Positions 38,216 to 51,060 of a stretch of DNA of 64,000 nucleotides are shown piece by piece (position 1 is the first letter of the stretch; each line of letters opens with the position of its first letter). Position numbers and translations under genes: made by a program. The DNA comes from Isurus oxyrinchus (lineage: Eukaryota), in the NCBI GenBank assembly GCA_026770705.1, contig JANJGN010000026.1, forward strand, positions 23,064,001-23,128,000, given 5' to 3'. The notes beneath the pieces are model-generated. The model was not told the origin of the DNA. It saw only the letters and a program-made list of their open reading frames with translations, and ran no database searches.

Positions 38216-40479
38216 GTTCAATCTAATGGGGGAATTGCCAGCACTCGATCACAGGAACTGTAACATATGAAGTGCCTGGGGTAAAAGGTGTGGATCTATG
38301 TCAGGAAGGGATAGATAAACACAGGCGGGAGAAAATAATAATTGTATTGTGAGGTAAAAACCGTGAAACGAATGTGCACTACGACTAGATAGCAGGAATA
38401 ACTAGATAGACAAACCAAAGGGAATGGCATAATTACTAATTGCTTCAGTGACTTTGTTCATTTATTCCAATCACTTTAGCAAGGTACAAACAAGACCGAG
38501 TGTCGCAGACTGGCTCATTCCAAGGTTCAGGACTATGTGCTGAGGGATGCACTATAACTTGGGGCAGCCGCCGCTGAGGCGCAATGGGGAAAGGTCAATG
38601 TCTAAGATCTTTCAGCTGTAGTGCACGGAGGGGCCTGGAATTGCATTGGCCCGTCGGGCTGTATGACTCACACTGAATGTATGCAGTGAACACTACTTGC
38701 ATCACAATTGCATTGGAGCACCTCAGAGTGTAATGCGACCTATGTCGATAACTTAAATAGCATTCCGCTGTCTGACTGCCTGTATTGACCAGGTTGAAAC
38801 GTCTGTAATGACCATTGATTGCACTGAAGCACTTCATGGTCTATGTGGAAAACTAGAATATGATTGCACTTTTTGTGAAGGCCATTTTGAAATGTTTTGC
38901 AATGCTCCTTCAAATATATTATGATTAAAGTATATTTTGCCAAAAAAAACTAGATCACTAGTGGCAAACTCACTAAATCGAATGGCATAATTACTAACTG
39001 CTTCAGTGACGTAGTTAATTTATTAATATCACCTTAGTATGATGCGAAGAAGACAATAACTGATACACATATAAAAGGTTAGAAATCCTGGAAAACTCTA
39101 TCTGGAATGTGCAGGGAGAAGAATTGAACGCTGCTCCTAGTGGGAGTGGGCACTGTCACTGATACTGTATCTATTCTTTTAGCTGGGAGGCCTCCTGGAT
39201 ATCTGACCTGTACACTGCACTTTGCCTTGTACTACATGCGACTACTGAATTGCCACCACAGCCGTTTCGGGGCAGTGCCCATCTGAATGGCTTTGAAGAG
39301 CTACTCTCGCCTTCTGAAATGAAGGAGAAATTGCGGAGGTGAAATTTTGATTTCCTCCACCAGGTGGCAGAGGAAACTTAGAAGTCGCCCTCTTCCCTGC
39401 CTGGAGTCGGCCTCACCCACTGACCAGCCTTGGAATTTTCTGACATTCAATCTGTGCTTCCAAATCCCATTTCACTCTTTGAATCCACTCGGACTCAATG
39501 GGCGCATTCACCCGCCTGCAGGGAAATGACAGTCGCTGTCCCATTCGCTGGTCCTTTGGAAAATAGGTAGAGAGTTCAGCCACTTTACTGACTCTCACAT
39601 CTATTCTGGCAATGCTTCCACAATCCGTTCTAAGGTGAGACTGGTGAGATTTGGGGTCAAGTCCATTTGCCTCATGAGCGTTTTTTTTTGCCCAATTACG
39701 TTTGCCCTTCGGTCAGTCTCAGTTTTAAATGCAACAACCAGATCTTTGATTGTTTCCTGCCAGTCAGTTATTGCTGAACGACATCATTCTTTTGCCTCTG
39801 TCACACTGAAGTCTGTCTTTTTGTTACTGCTCTGAATTATGTCACTTTACTTCTGTTCCCTCTCACTCATTACTGCACTACCTGCCTCTGTTACATGACT
39901 GCAGGTTATGTCATTGGTTTGAAGACACCAGATTGTTTCTCTGTTTAGGATCCACTGCATTCGGAATATTACTGTAATGTATCCTTGGAGATCCATCATT
40001 GGGAAGTTTAGTTCAGTGTTAATCAGAAGCCCATTTCCAGTACATTGGGATGGGATGCAGATTTGTTCTGTCCCCCACTGACAGATGAGTCCCCTGTTTT
40101 AACTGATTTCAACTATGAAGGTATGGGTAACTGTGGAATAATACAACAATTCTCTAATTCCTATCGCGAGTCTATTTGTCCAAGATTTGAAATTAAGATG
40201 AACGTAACGCAGTGAATACAGAACAGCAGAATTATATCATTTCTGTTGGCGCATTAGCCTTGAATTCAGCTCATTATAGACAAATTTTAGGTGAGACAAC
40301 GGTGCGCGCGGCCACCTCCACATAGTTCCATTTGTTTCTATTCCTCTGATCTTCCTTGCCTTTCCTGTGCTTTGGAAAAGTGCTTGCCGCTGTTCCCGGT
40401 TTGACGTTGGTTGGATCTGCAGTTGAGTGGGACGGGGTTTGCATTTCTGCCCTGACAGGGGAATTGGGGATTGTAGAAA

Positions 40480-40960
40480 AACAGGCCAGTTAGCTTAACA
40501 TCTGTCATTGGGAAAATGTTGGAGTCTATTATAAATCATGCAGTGGCAGAGGCTTTAGAAATACATAGCCTAATGAAGCAGAGTCAGCATGCCTGACAAA
40601 TTAATTATAATTCTTTGATGAGGTAACAAGTAGGATTGAAAAAGGAGAACCAGTAGATGTAATGTATTTGGATTTCCAAAATGCGTTCAGTAAGGTACTG
40701 CACATATGGCTACTTAATAAGACAAGACCCCACAGTGTTGGGGGTAGTATATAAGCATGGATAAAGGATTGGCTAACTAATAGAAGACAGAGAGATGGGT
40801 TAAGGGGGGCATTTTCAGGATGGCAATCTGTAACTAGTGGGGTGCCACAGGGAGCAGTGTTGGAGCCTCAGTTATTTGCAACATGTATTAACGACTTAGA
40901 TGAGGGAAGTGAATGTACAATCGTCAAGATTGCAGATGACACAAAATAGGTGCAAAGACA
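40480..40960 (+). mobile_element. CR1 RT fragment inserted in duplication copy B
   Basis: Encodes YLDFQNAF, GVPQGAVLEPQLF and IADDT-like motifs; absent from copy A. Confidence 0.85.
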
Positions 40961-40969
40961 AGCTCAGCG

Positions 40970-41985
40970 CCTTGTTGTACACAATTATTCCAGAATTAAG
41001 CAATACTCATTTATTAGTGCACTGTACAATCCCTCTGTTTATATTAAACCAGAGCTCACCTCATTTATTACTGCACTGGACTGTCACACTGAATTAAGGC
41101 TTAGCTATTACTGCATAAGATTTGCCTCCACTTATGTTACACCAGGCGCAAATTTTGTTATTACTGACTACAACATCTTAATGCTTATATTTATATTACA
41201 CCAGGCACTATCTCAGTCGAACTACACTAGACCACACCTCACTTCATGTTGTATTCGTCCCTTTTTCCATTTATTTGCAATAGGATGCATATCCTTCTAT
41301 GTTTCCCCAGGCTATATCTCAGTTATTATTGCAATAGATCATCTCTGTTAGTGTTCAGCAATATCTTGTCTCAGTATTACACCAGACAATGTCACTCTTT
41401 ATATTACAATAACCTGTGTCTCTGTTTACGGGACATGAGACACAATCTCATTTATTGTGGCATTTGACATGTCTCTGCTTGTATAACGCTAGGCCCTGCC
41501 TGATTTACTACTGAATGAGACTCTGTCTCGGTTTATATTACACTGGCCATTTTCCAAGCTCTACTGCACTAGGACATGATTGAGGTTACATTGCACTAGG
41601 CCACATCCCTGCTGATATTGCACTACGGCAATATTATAATAGCCCATGCCCCTGTGTAGATTACATTAGACTTTGTTCATGTTATCTGGAGACCTGTCTG
41701 AACTGTTATCTCATTACCCTTGATCTTGTTTATATTTCGGTAGGCCCTATCTTTGTTATTCCGGGTCTAAACCAACTCCTGTTTAGATTACACTAGACCC
41801 GATTTCTAGTTGCCTTACTCCAGGTCTTGTTTCAGTTAATACTGAAATAGACCCTGCCTCTATTTATGTTACACCAGGCCGTGCCTTTGTTAATACTATT
41901 CTTGGCCATATCCCTGTTTATATTAACTATGTTTATTTGCATTACACATTTATATGTTTATCTTTACAGTGATTTACACTAATTA
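40970..41985 (+). repeat. Degenerate ~27-30 bp tandem array (paralog of 20220-21190)
   Basis: Colinear similarity to 20220-21190. Confidence 0.75.
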
Positions 41986-42083
41986 TTATTCTCAAAGCAG
42001 CATTTTATCACGTTAAAGAAGCTGACAGCAGTTGGCCGGACGTGCAGAAAAAATTGTGACTTTTATACATTGCATCTCAAATC

Positions 42084-42335
42084 ATCGACCATGTTTGTGT
42101 GACGTACTGTCGATCGTTTTTGTGTGACGTACAGCTGGCTTGGTTTGTGTGAAGTACTATCGGCCATGTTTGCGTGACGTACTGTCGGCTATGTTGGTGT
42201 GACAAACTGTCGGCCAGGTTTGTGTGACGCATTGTAGATTAGCTTTGTGTGACGAAACTGTCGATCATGTTTTTGTGACGTACTGTTGTTCGTGTTTTTG
42301 TGACGTACTGTCGGCCATGTTTGTGTGACGTGCTG
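42084..42335 (+). repeat. 25-bp minisatellite carrying TGACGT (CRE-like) cores, about 10 units
   Basis: Unit tcggccatgtttgtgtgacgtactg; only ~2 units at the paralogous site 21290-21340. Confidence 0.9.
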
Positions 42336-43169
42336 CGGTTCTTAATTTCCGTTTCGCTCTTTAATGGCCTTTCCGTCCCTGCCCGCAATGTTGAGCAGCA
42401 TTTTCCCGAACTCCACTGTCAGCTTTGTGAATCCTCTGACCTCGGCCTTGTCACGGGGTTTATTTGACTGAGTGTTGCTATTGCTGGTTGAGAGATAATT
42501 ATACACCATAAACAGATTTCAGAACAGAAGGTAGTGACTGTGATCTTTAAAGACAGCCCCCCAATGTTTGTTGTCCTCCCGAGTGTCGTTTCATTCTCAG
42601 TTACTGCAAACAGAAATTCTGAATATTCCCAATCTGGTAGTCAAACGTGGCTGAAATTAAACGCAATTTTACATGTAACCCACAGGCGGAATCTCTGGAA
42701 TATTGCAATAAGAGTGGGTCGGGGGTTTCACTCGGTATCCTGGGCCCACATTCCACCTTTGACAAACACCACCCAATACAAACACATCAATACAAACACA
42801 TGCACCGACCTCCCAGTTCATCACTGTAGGGAAAGGAAGGCGGCAGCAAAACTGGCAGAAAGAAAAACTCCCCCCGACCCCTGTACACCAGAGTGTTGTG
42901 GGAGGGGCTTTCACATCCGGATCACAGTCCAAATGAATAGTCAGAAAATTGCAGCCTCCTTTTATAAACCTGTCTCTTATTCACACAACACTTAGACAGC
43001 GACCTGGGGACCGTGCGGCAAATCGATGATCTCAGCAAAACTGCCTCGTGCAAGTAAACTCGATCCCCTAAAGTATTTCAGTCCAGCTCTGAGTTCCGGT
43101 CTCCCAGTGCAGTCCAGGGCTGCAGTCTCCAACTCCCCGTCATATAAACCCCCAGCTCCAGGCAGCAGA

Positions 43170-43681
43170 ATGACGGGAATCCTTGTTTTCATGCTGTGTG
43201 TCTGTTTACCCCGTAAATACCGATCAAACAAACCGACATTATGAGGAGTGAATATAAAGCTGCTCGAGTCCATCCCAATTACAGACACTGTCTCGGGTTT
43301 AACCCCGTCCTGCGGTTCGACTCTGATGGTCCATTAAACTCTCACTGTTTAATTTCCAGGCTCTTTCAGTCAGTCAGTGACACAGACCCCGGCAGCGGTG
43401 ACCAGGAAGGAGTGTCAGTCTCGCACCATCACCGGTGTTTTAAAGGGTTACTATTAGTATTTAGAAAATGGATATTTCTTCAGGGAATCTCAGACTGGGA
43501 CAGAGTGGGAGCGGATCTCCAGCGGGAGGAGATTTGTTGGGTCTATGAATAAAGCCGGAAAGACATTTTCGCTGGAAATTCGGGATGTGAGAGTTGAAGA
43601 CACCACCATCTATTACTGTAAAGCTCACTACAGATACTACACACACAGTAAAGGGCCTCGGCTTCCCGCGATACTAAAACT
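43170..43681 (+). pseudogene. NARTCR V: NAR-TCR V, cassette 2 (leader 43170-43212, V exon 43360-43643, RSS 43644-43681)
   Basis: Paralog of V1; Cys23 to Gly (ggt 43434-43436); in-frame TAG at 43455-43457; RSS CACAGTA-22-ACTAAAACT; TATAAA at 43143. Confidence 0.92.
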
Positions 43682-44007
43682 CTCACTGCCGATTATCACA
43701 GAAACAAATGAAAAAGCGGAGTTAATCTGCAGTTAAACCCCCACAGTTTCGCCTCACACCGTCTGCCCCACAGTCTAGTTTATAATGAGATTGGATATTG
43801 CCGTTAACATCTTGAGTTTTATAAATGCCGAGTGTGAGCGGATGGTGATGTCCATTCCGGGACTGGTGTCAGTGAATGTGGATTGGGAATGACTGATCCC
43901 AGTTACAAACCCCTGGCACCAGATGTGATCCTGGTCTAACAGCTGGAACCGGGAATCGCAGTCCCCGCTGTTTAACTAATGTCCACAAATCTCACCAAGT
44001 ACCCGGG

Positions 44008-44078
44008 GGATTTTATACTGACGTAACACTGTGCGGGAGTATGGGGAAGTCACAATGGAAGAGACCTGAGCAAATACC
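44008..44078 (+). pseudogene. NARTCR D: NAR-TCR D, cassette 2 (core 44034-44050), 5' RSS spacer shortened to 10 bp
   Basis: GGATTTTAT-10-CACTGTG [cgggagtatggggaagt] CACAATG-12-GCAAATACC. Confidence 0.85.
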
Positions 44079-44393
44079 GCTTCACGATCACAATATAAAT
44101 TCTCTGGGCCCGGATAGTGAATTGTCGGGTTGATGTTATTTTCGCTTTAATCTGGTTACATTTCATTGTAATTTCCATCATTCACTTACCTTTCTTTGAT
44201 ATTTTTCTCAGTTTATATCGAGCGAACATCTCGTTCCTGGGACCTAGTACTCGGAGCTCAGGGCCTCACAAAGAACAGTTTGAACCGACAGAGACGTTGA
44301 AACTTTGAATATTGTTTGTTTATTTAAATCCACTGAATAATTGTGTAGTTTCTACACTCTGATGATGATTTCCCGGCAGGTTGAGGAGTCGGT

Positions 44394-44484
44394 GGTTGTT
44401 GTACCGGGGAGACTGAGAGCGGAGTCACTGTGGTGGTATACTGATTATGCGGATGGATCCGGGACAGTGGGACTGCCAAAGCGG
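44394..44484 (+). pseudogene. NARTCR J: NAR-TCR J, cassette 2, with 1-nt deletion
   Basis: GGTTGTTGT-23-CACTGTG; WYTDYADGSGTV then frameshift (GLPKR); the donor falls in phase 0 instead of 1. Confidence 0.88.
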
Positions 44485-45916
44485 GTAAGTAACTCCAAAC
44501 CCCACCGACTTACAGCCTGTCTCGTGTAATGTTCGCCGTCAGTTTATTATTGATATCAGTGGAGTTTGGGGGATTGTGGGTATTGACGGAATCTGGACCA
44601 TTATTCGTTTAACGGGCACATCGGGGACAAGATCACATCACGGACTCTCACACTCTAAATCGCATTTAATGAGCGCAGATTGTCGGCAATCCGGACTCCA
44701 CTCCCTGTATTAAATGTGACCGAGGGAGCTCTGTCTGTCCCTTAGAGCCCGGGAGCGAGGTCACAGAGACCTCTCCTGGGCAACAGATTGCAGTCCGAGC
44801 CGCAGAATGTGAATGAGGTACCGGGTGAATAAACTCAACACAACTGCGGCCAGTTCAGGTACCTGCAGCGGCTCGTTCAATACCTGACTAGGGAAAGAAA
44901 CGGGCGAGTGACACAAGGGACTTCAGATAGAAGAGACCCTGATATGGGTCCAGATGAAATTTTATTATTGGACAATCTGTGACTGAAATTAGTGACATTG
45001 TCCCCGCCATTTCTTTCAATTGTCTTCGTAGAACCAATCACTTTCCTCCTTTCCCGTCCTCAGACCGAAATGTGAAAGTTTGGAACTGCAGACATTTCTC
45101 TACATTGAATGTAGATGTTTGAGAGATGGGAATGCTGTAATTGATCTGTTTCCCTGATGGCTGTGAATTAAAGCAACACACTGCAGTGAGAGAGTGAGGA
45201 TGGTGCATTAATCTTATCAAGGAGAACAGAAAAATAAGGAAACAATTATAAACCAGGAGAATTCTCATTCAGAACCAGCAAGACAAAATTAATCAAAAGG
45301 AGAGAAAGATTGGATGATTTCCGGGCGCCTTTCAAAGTACAGTCCGACCCCCTGGTGGGTGAGATTTATGGAGGGAAGGACTGAAATAGACTCCAGTCTG
45401 GAATGCTGTGTGAAGTTTTGGTCCCCTTACAGAAGAGAGATCAATCTGCATTGGAAGTGATGCAGCAAAAGTTTATCAGACTGATTCCTAAGGTGAAGGG
45501 ATTGTTCAATGAGAAGAGATTTAGTCTTCTCGATCTATATTTCCTAGAGTTTAGAAGAATGAGAGGTGATCTCATGGAAGCACGTAATATACAGAAGGGC
45601 CTCGACAGGGCAAATTCTAGGTCGTAGTTTTCCCAGACTGAGGAGTATAGAACTTGGGGTCACAGTTTCAGAATAAAGAGTCATCCATTAGAACTGAGAA
45701 GGAAAAATTATCTGCAGTAGAGCCATTGTTGTGAACCTGTGGCATTCTGTAACTCAAAGAGTGGTAGGTGTTCAAAACGTGTGTGCATTCAAGTCAATAT
45801 TCGATAGGTTTTCAGATGCTAAAGGGATCAGGGATATGGGGAGAGGGCGGGAATGTGACATTGATGATGTAAATCACCAGGATATTACTGGATAGCTGAG
45901 CAGGTTTGAAAGGTTA

Positions 45917-48564
45917 ACAGAAATACCTGGGAAAACTCAGCAAGTCTGGCAGCATTGGCGGAGAAGAGTAAAGTTAAGATTTCAAGTCCTCATGACCCTT
46001 CAACAGAACTAAGTAAAAATAGGAAAGGGGTGAAATATAAGCTGGTTTAAGTGGGTGGGGAGAAGGTGCGGGGGAGGTGGGAGTTGTTGGTTCAACGGAT
46101 CCTTTTACCCACCTCCAATATTCTCCCTCCACTTGGACCCCTCCCTCTGGATCTTTTCATTGAGAACTGTGACATTAATCGTCTCAATTTCTCTCTCCTC
46201 TTAGCCATTCTAACCTGTCTCTCTCTGAACTTACTGCACTCCGTTCTCACAAGTCCAACCCTAACATTGTCATCAAACGCTGACAAGGGTGGTGCATTTG
46301 TTGTCTGTCGCACTGACCTCTACCTCGCGGAAGCTGAGTGTCAACTCGCAGACACTTCCTCCTTCCTCTCCCGGGGCCATGACCCCACCACTGAACATCA
46401 AGCCATTGTTTCCAGGACTGTCACTGACCTCACCGCCTCTGGAGATCTTCCTTCCACAGCTTCCAACCTGATAGTCACCCAACCTCGGACAGCCCGTTCT
46501 ACCTCCTACCCATAATCCACAAACAGGACTGTCCCGGTGGACCGATCATGTCAGCCTGTTCCTGCCTCACGGAACTAATTTCTCGTTACCTTGACTCCCT
46601 TCTCTCTCCCCTTGTCCAGTCCCTTCCCATCTACATCCGTGATTCCTCTGAAACCTTACGTCACATCAACAATTTCCAGTTCACTGGCCCCAACCACCTC
46701 CTCTTCACAATGGAGGTACAATCCCTCTACACCTCCATCGCCCACCAGGATGGTCTGAGGGCTCTCCGCTTCTTCCTCGAACAGAGGCGTAGACAATCTC
46801 CAACCACCACTACTCTCCTCCGTCTGGCTGAACTTGTTCTCACACTGAACAATTTCTCCTTTAACTCCTCTCACCTCCTCCAAATAAAAGGTGTGGCTAT
46901 GAGTACCCGCATGGGCCCCAGCTATGCCTGTCTCTTTATGGGGTATGTGGAACATTCCTTGTTCCAGTCCTACTCCGGCCCCCTCCCACAACTCCTTCTC
47001 CAGCACATCAATAATTACTTCGGTGCTGCTTCATGCTCTCGTCAGGACCTGGAAAAATTTATTAATTTTGCTTCCAATCTCCACCCCTCCATCATTTTCA
47101 CATGGTCCATCTCTGACACTTCCCTTCCCTTCCTTGACCTCTCCGTCTCAATTTCTGGTGATAGACTGTCCACCAATATCCATTACAAACCTACTGACTC
47201 CCACAGCTACCTCGACTACAGCTCCTCACACCCCACTTCCTGTAAGGACTCCATCCCATTCTATCAGTTCCTTTGCCTCCATCACACGTTCTGATGATGC
47301 TACCTTCAAAAACGGTTCCTCTGACATGTCCTCCTTCTTCCTTAACCGAGGTTTTCCACCCACGGTAGTTGACAGGGCCCTCAACTGTGTCCAGCCCATC
47401 TCCCGCGCATCCATCCTCACGCCTTCTCCTCCCTCCCAGAAAAATGATAGGGTCCCCCTTGTGTTCACTTATCACCCCACCAGCCTCCGCATTCAAAGGA
47501 TCATCCTCCGCCATTTCTGCCAACTCCAGCATAATGCCACCACCAATCACATCTTCCCTTCACCCCCCTTATCGGCATTCCGTAGGGATCGCTCCCTCCG
47601 GGACACCCTGGTCCACTCCTCCATCACCCCCTACTCCTCAACCCCCTCCTACGGCACCTCCCCATGCCCATGCAAAAGATGCAACACCTGCCCCTTCACT
47701 TCCTCTCTCCTCACTGTCCAAGTGCCCAAACACTCCTTTGAAGTGAAGCAGCATTTCATTTGCACTTCCCTCAATGTAGTCTACTGCATTCGCTGCTCCC
47801 AATGCAGTTTCCTCTACATTGGAGAGACCAAACGCAGACTGGGTGACTGCTTTGCAGAACACCTTTGGCCTGTCTGCAAGCATGACCCAGACCACCCTGC
47901 CACTTGCCATTTTAACACTCCACCCTGCTCTCTTGCCCACATGTCTGTCCTTGGCTTGCTGCATTGTTCCAGTGAAGCCCAACGCAAACTGGAGGAACAG
48001 CACCTCATCTTCCAACTAAGCACTTTACAGCCTTCTGGGCTTAATATTGAGTTCAATAATTTTAGATCTTGAACTCCCTCCTCCATCGCCACCCCCTTTC
48101 TGTTTCTTCCCCCTCCTTTTTGTTTTTTTCAATAATTTATATAGATTTTTCTTTTCCCACCTATTTCCATTATTTTTAAATATATTCCACCCATGGTTTA
48201 TTTCACCCCACCCCCACTAGAGCTACCTTGCTTGACCTGCTCTCCTCTCTTAATGAACACATTTTTTTTAGATAATATCACCACCTTCAACACCTCTTTG
48301 TTCTTTTGTCTGTGACATCTTTTGGTTATCTCCTCCTATCACTGCTTGCTTGTCCCAACACCGCCTCCTCCTCTCCTCCTCTCCCACAAACCAGCTTATA
48401 TTCCACCCCTTTTCTATTTTTACTTAGTTCTGTTGAAGGGTCATGAGGACTCAAAACGTCAACTTTGCTCTTCCCTGCCGATGTTGTCAGACCTGCTGAG
48501 TTTTTCCAGGTATTTCTATTTTTGTATTGCTTTTCCAGCATCCGCAGTTTTTTGTTTTTATTTT
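45917..48564 (+). mobile_element. Penelope-like element (RT + GIY-YIG) with inverted terminal repeat copy at its 5' end
   Basis: RT motifs KADKGGA, MEVQSLYTSI, GVAMSTRMGPSYACLFMG, LPFLDL; GIY-YIG LYIGETKR; 45917-46050 is the reverse complement of the 3' repeat; TSD aggtttgaaaggtta at 45902-45916 and 48565-48579. Confidence 0.93.
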
Positions 48565-50086
48565 AGGTTTGAAAGGTTATCTGGCGGCTCCTGTTTCTAT
48601 TGATTGGATTCTCTCCTTTGATTTCTTACACTCCTGAGAAAAGAAATAGCGACAATCCACATCTCTCTGGGAAGATTGAACAGGCTGGGTCTCTTTTTTC
48701 TGGAAAACAGGACCACAAGGAGAATCCATAGAAATCTTTTCAATAATGAACGGTTTTAGTCTGGATAAATTGTTCATTTGTGGCTGAGTCTAGAACAATA
48801 GCCGTCAACATATGACAGTCATTAACAAAACAAATAAAACATTTAAAACAAATGAATTTAAACAAAGGCAGATCAGAATATGGAACTTCTTGCCTCAGTG
48901 AGTGTATGGAGATAGTATTGATATATTTATTGGAACATTTGAAAATACAGGACGGAGAACGGAACAGACCGACACAAGGAGCTGGATGTAAATCCTCAAT
49001 TAGGTTTCGGATGGGGTCAGGCTGGAATTGATTATATACACAGGCTGAATGGCCCATTCCTCTTCCACATTCTTCTTCTTCGATAATATCAAATTGAGAG
49101 AAAACTCCACCCAGTGAACCCGGGAGAGGATCAGTCAATGAGCGGAAAGGATCGAAATTGTCAGGGAGCTGGAAGAGTCAGTTCCCAGTGAGTAACAGTA
49201 AAACTGCTGCAGAAACGGAACAGACTGAATCCAACCGACAACTGAAAGAGTTTGGGGCAAGTTCCCACGATGCAAGAAGCGCAAACAGCACAAAGAAAAT
49301 GTGAAATAAAGGGAATGCGAAATTAAAGAAATAAGATGAAATTAATTGTACATATTTGAAATTAAGCTGAACTGGAGAAAATAGGGCCCTATTGATAGAA
49401 CATAGAGAAATAGAGGAAAAGGCAGGGAGAAATTCCCGAGCAGCTTTAAACCGCAGTAAATGATTGACCTTTGATTACTGGTGCTCACTCTCGGTTTCGC
49501 CCAATCGGTGCTGATGATTCCAATCGGTTTGTGTTGGATGTTGCTGTGCACAGTCATGCCACACAGCTGTATTTCTCTCCAACAAACATGTTTTTTTTAA
49601 AACTGTTTGCCCCACTGAACATGAAATGCTCCCTCGTTTTTGTGTCTCACCAAGGAAAATAGAAACGAGTATGTAATATAATTAATGAAATCATATTGCA
49701 CGGAATGATGACATTCGGCCCCTCTTGTAGGCGCTGACCCTTTAAAAATGCAATCCAATTATTCCCACTGCCCATTAATTTTCTCCATTGCTCTATATGT
49801 GTATTTACATTTTCAGCATAGACCCATTACCCGTTTGAAAGTTACTGTGGAATCTGTTCCCACCACCAATTCAGACAGTGCAGTCCTAACCGGAAGAGTT
49901 CGCCATGTAAAATAAGAGATCACCTCATTCCCAACTTGATCATATTTTCATAAGAGTGAACACGGTTCAAACAGGCTTCCAGCAAATGAAATTACTGTAA
50001 AAAGCAGAGCTATTCACGTGATTGACGCATTTACCTGGACAAACAGTGGTTAAACAAAAAGAAAATGTTTTTTTTTAATGGTCCAG

Positions 50087-50381
50087 ATTCCAGTTCCATA
50101 ATTTCCCGGTATCTGCCTATACAAACCTCTCTTGCGGTGACACCGTTACTTTAAAATGTGAATATTCAGGGTTCTGTCAGTACACAGGACACTGGTACCG
50201 TCAGTTCCCCGGACAGTCTCCGGAATATCTGCTTCGGAGACACACTTCAGGAGAGGAGGTTAAAGAAAACGCTGCCGGGGGAAGAATTTCTGCTTCTATG
50301 GAATCTGCCGAGAAAATCAGCCGGTTAAAGATCTCCAAACTACAATTGAGCGACTGCACTGTGCACTGAGTCGGCACATAG
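50087..50381 (+). pseudogene. TRDV: Leaderless supporting Vdelta, cassette 2
   Basis: Paralog of 28236-28541; 1-nt deletion in FR1 (cttgcggt), deletion removing AVYY before Cys104, heptamer CAAAGTG. Confidence 0.92.
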
Positions 50382-50614
50382 CAAAGTGATACAGAGCACG
50401 GAGAGAGCTGTACAAAAACATGAACACGGTGGGATTACAGACACACGGTGATAGAGAACACGGAGAGAGCTGTATAAAAACCTGAACATTGTGGGATTAC
50501 AGACACATAGTGATACAGAGCAGGGAGAGAGCTGTACAAAAACTTGAACATGGGATTACAGACAGGCAGTGATACAGAGCACGGGGAGATCTGTACAAAA
50601 AGCTGAACATGGTG
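50382..50614 (+). repeat. Paralogous tandem 23-RSS array (4 units, decayed)
   Basis: Heptamers CAAAGTG 50382, CACGGTG 50444, CATAGTG 50506, GGCAGTG 50565; nonamers at 50412, 50474, 50536, 50595; cut by a CR1 insertion at ~50615. Confidence 0.92.
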
Positions 50615-51060
50615 CTTGCACACGAGCAGTGAGGAGAGATGATATATTGGAGGGGGCATCGAATGAAGCTTTGTGGGTAGAGTTTAGGAACAAAAAAGGG
50701 GAAGCCACATTGTTAGGTGTTTATTAAAGACCCCCAAGTCAGTGGGATATTGAAGAGCAAATATGTGCGCAATTTGCGGAGGTGTGTAAAAACAATAACA
50801 ATATGGTAATTAGATTAGGTGATTTCAACTTTCCCAACATTAATTGGGATAGACAAAGTGTTAAGAGCTTGGATGGAGTGCATTTCTTGAAATGTGTACA
50901 GAAGAGCTTTTTAGGACAACGTGGAGAGGGTCCAACAAGGGACGGCGCAGTGCTGGACCTAATTCTGGGGAATTAAGCCGGACAGGTGGCTGAGGTGGTA
51001 GTGGGGGAGCATTTTAATGATAGCGATCACAACATGGTATAGTTTAAGCTTGTTATGCAC
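50615..51060 (+). mobile_element. CR1 APE-domain fragment
   Basis: VIRLGDFNFPNINW..GAVLDLILGN; SDHN motif in agcgatcacaac. Confidence 0.88.
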
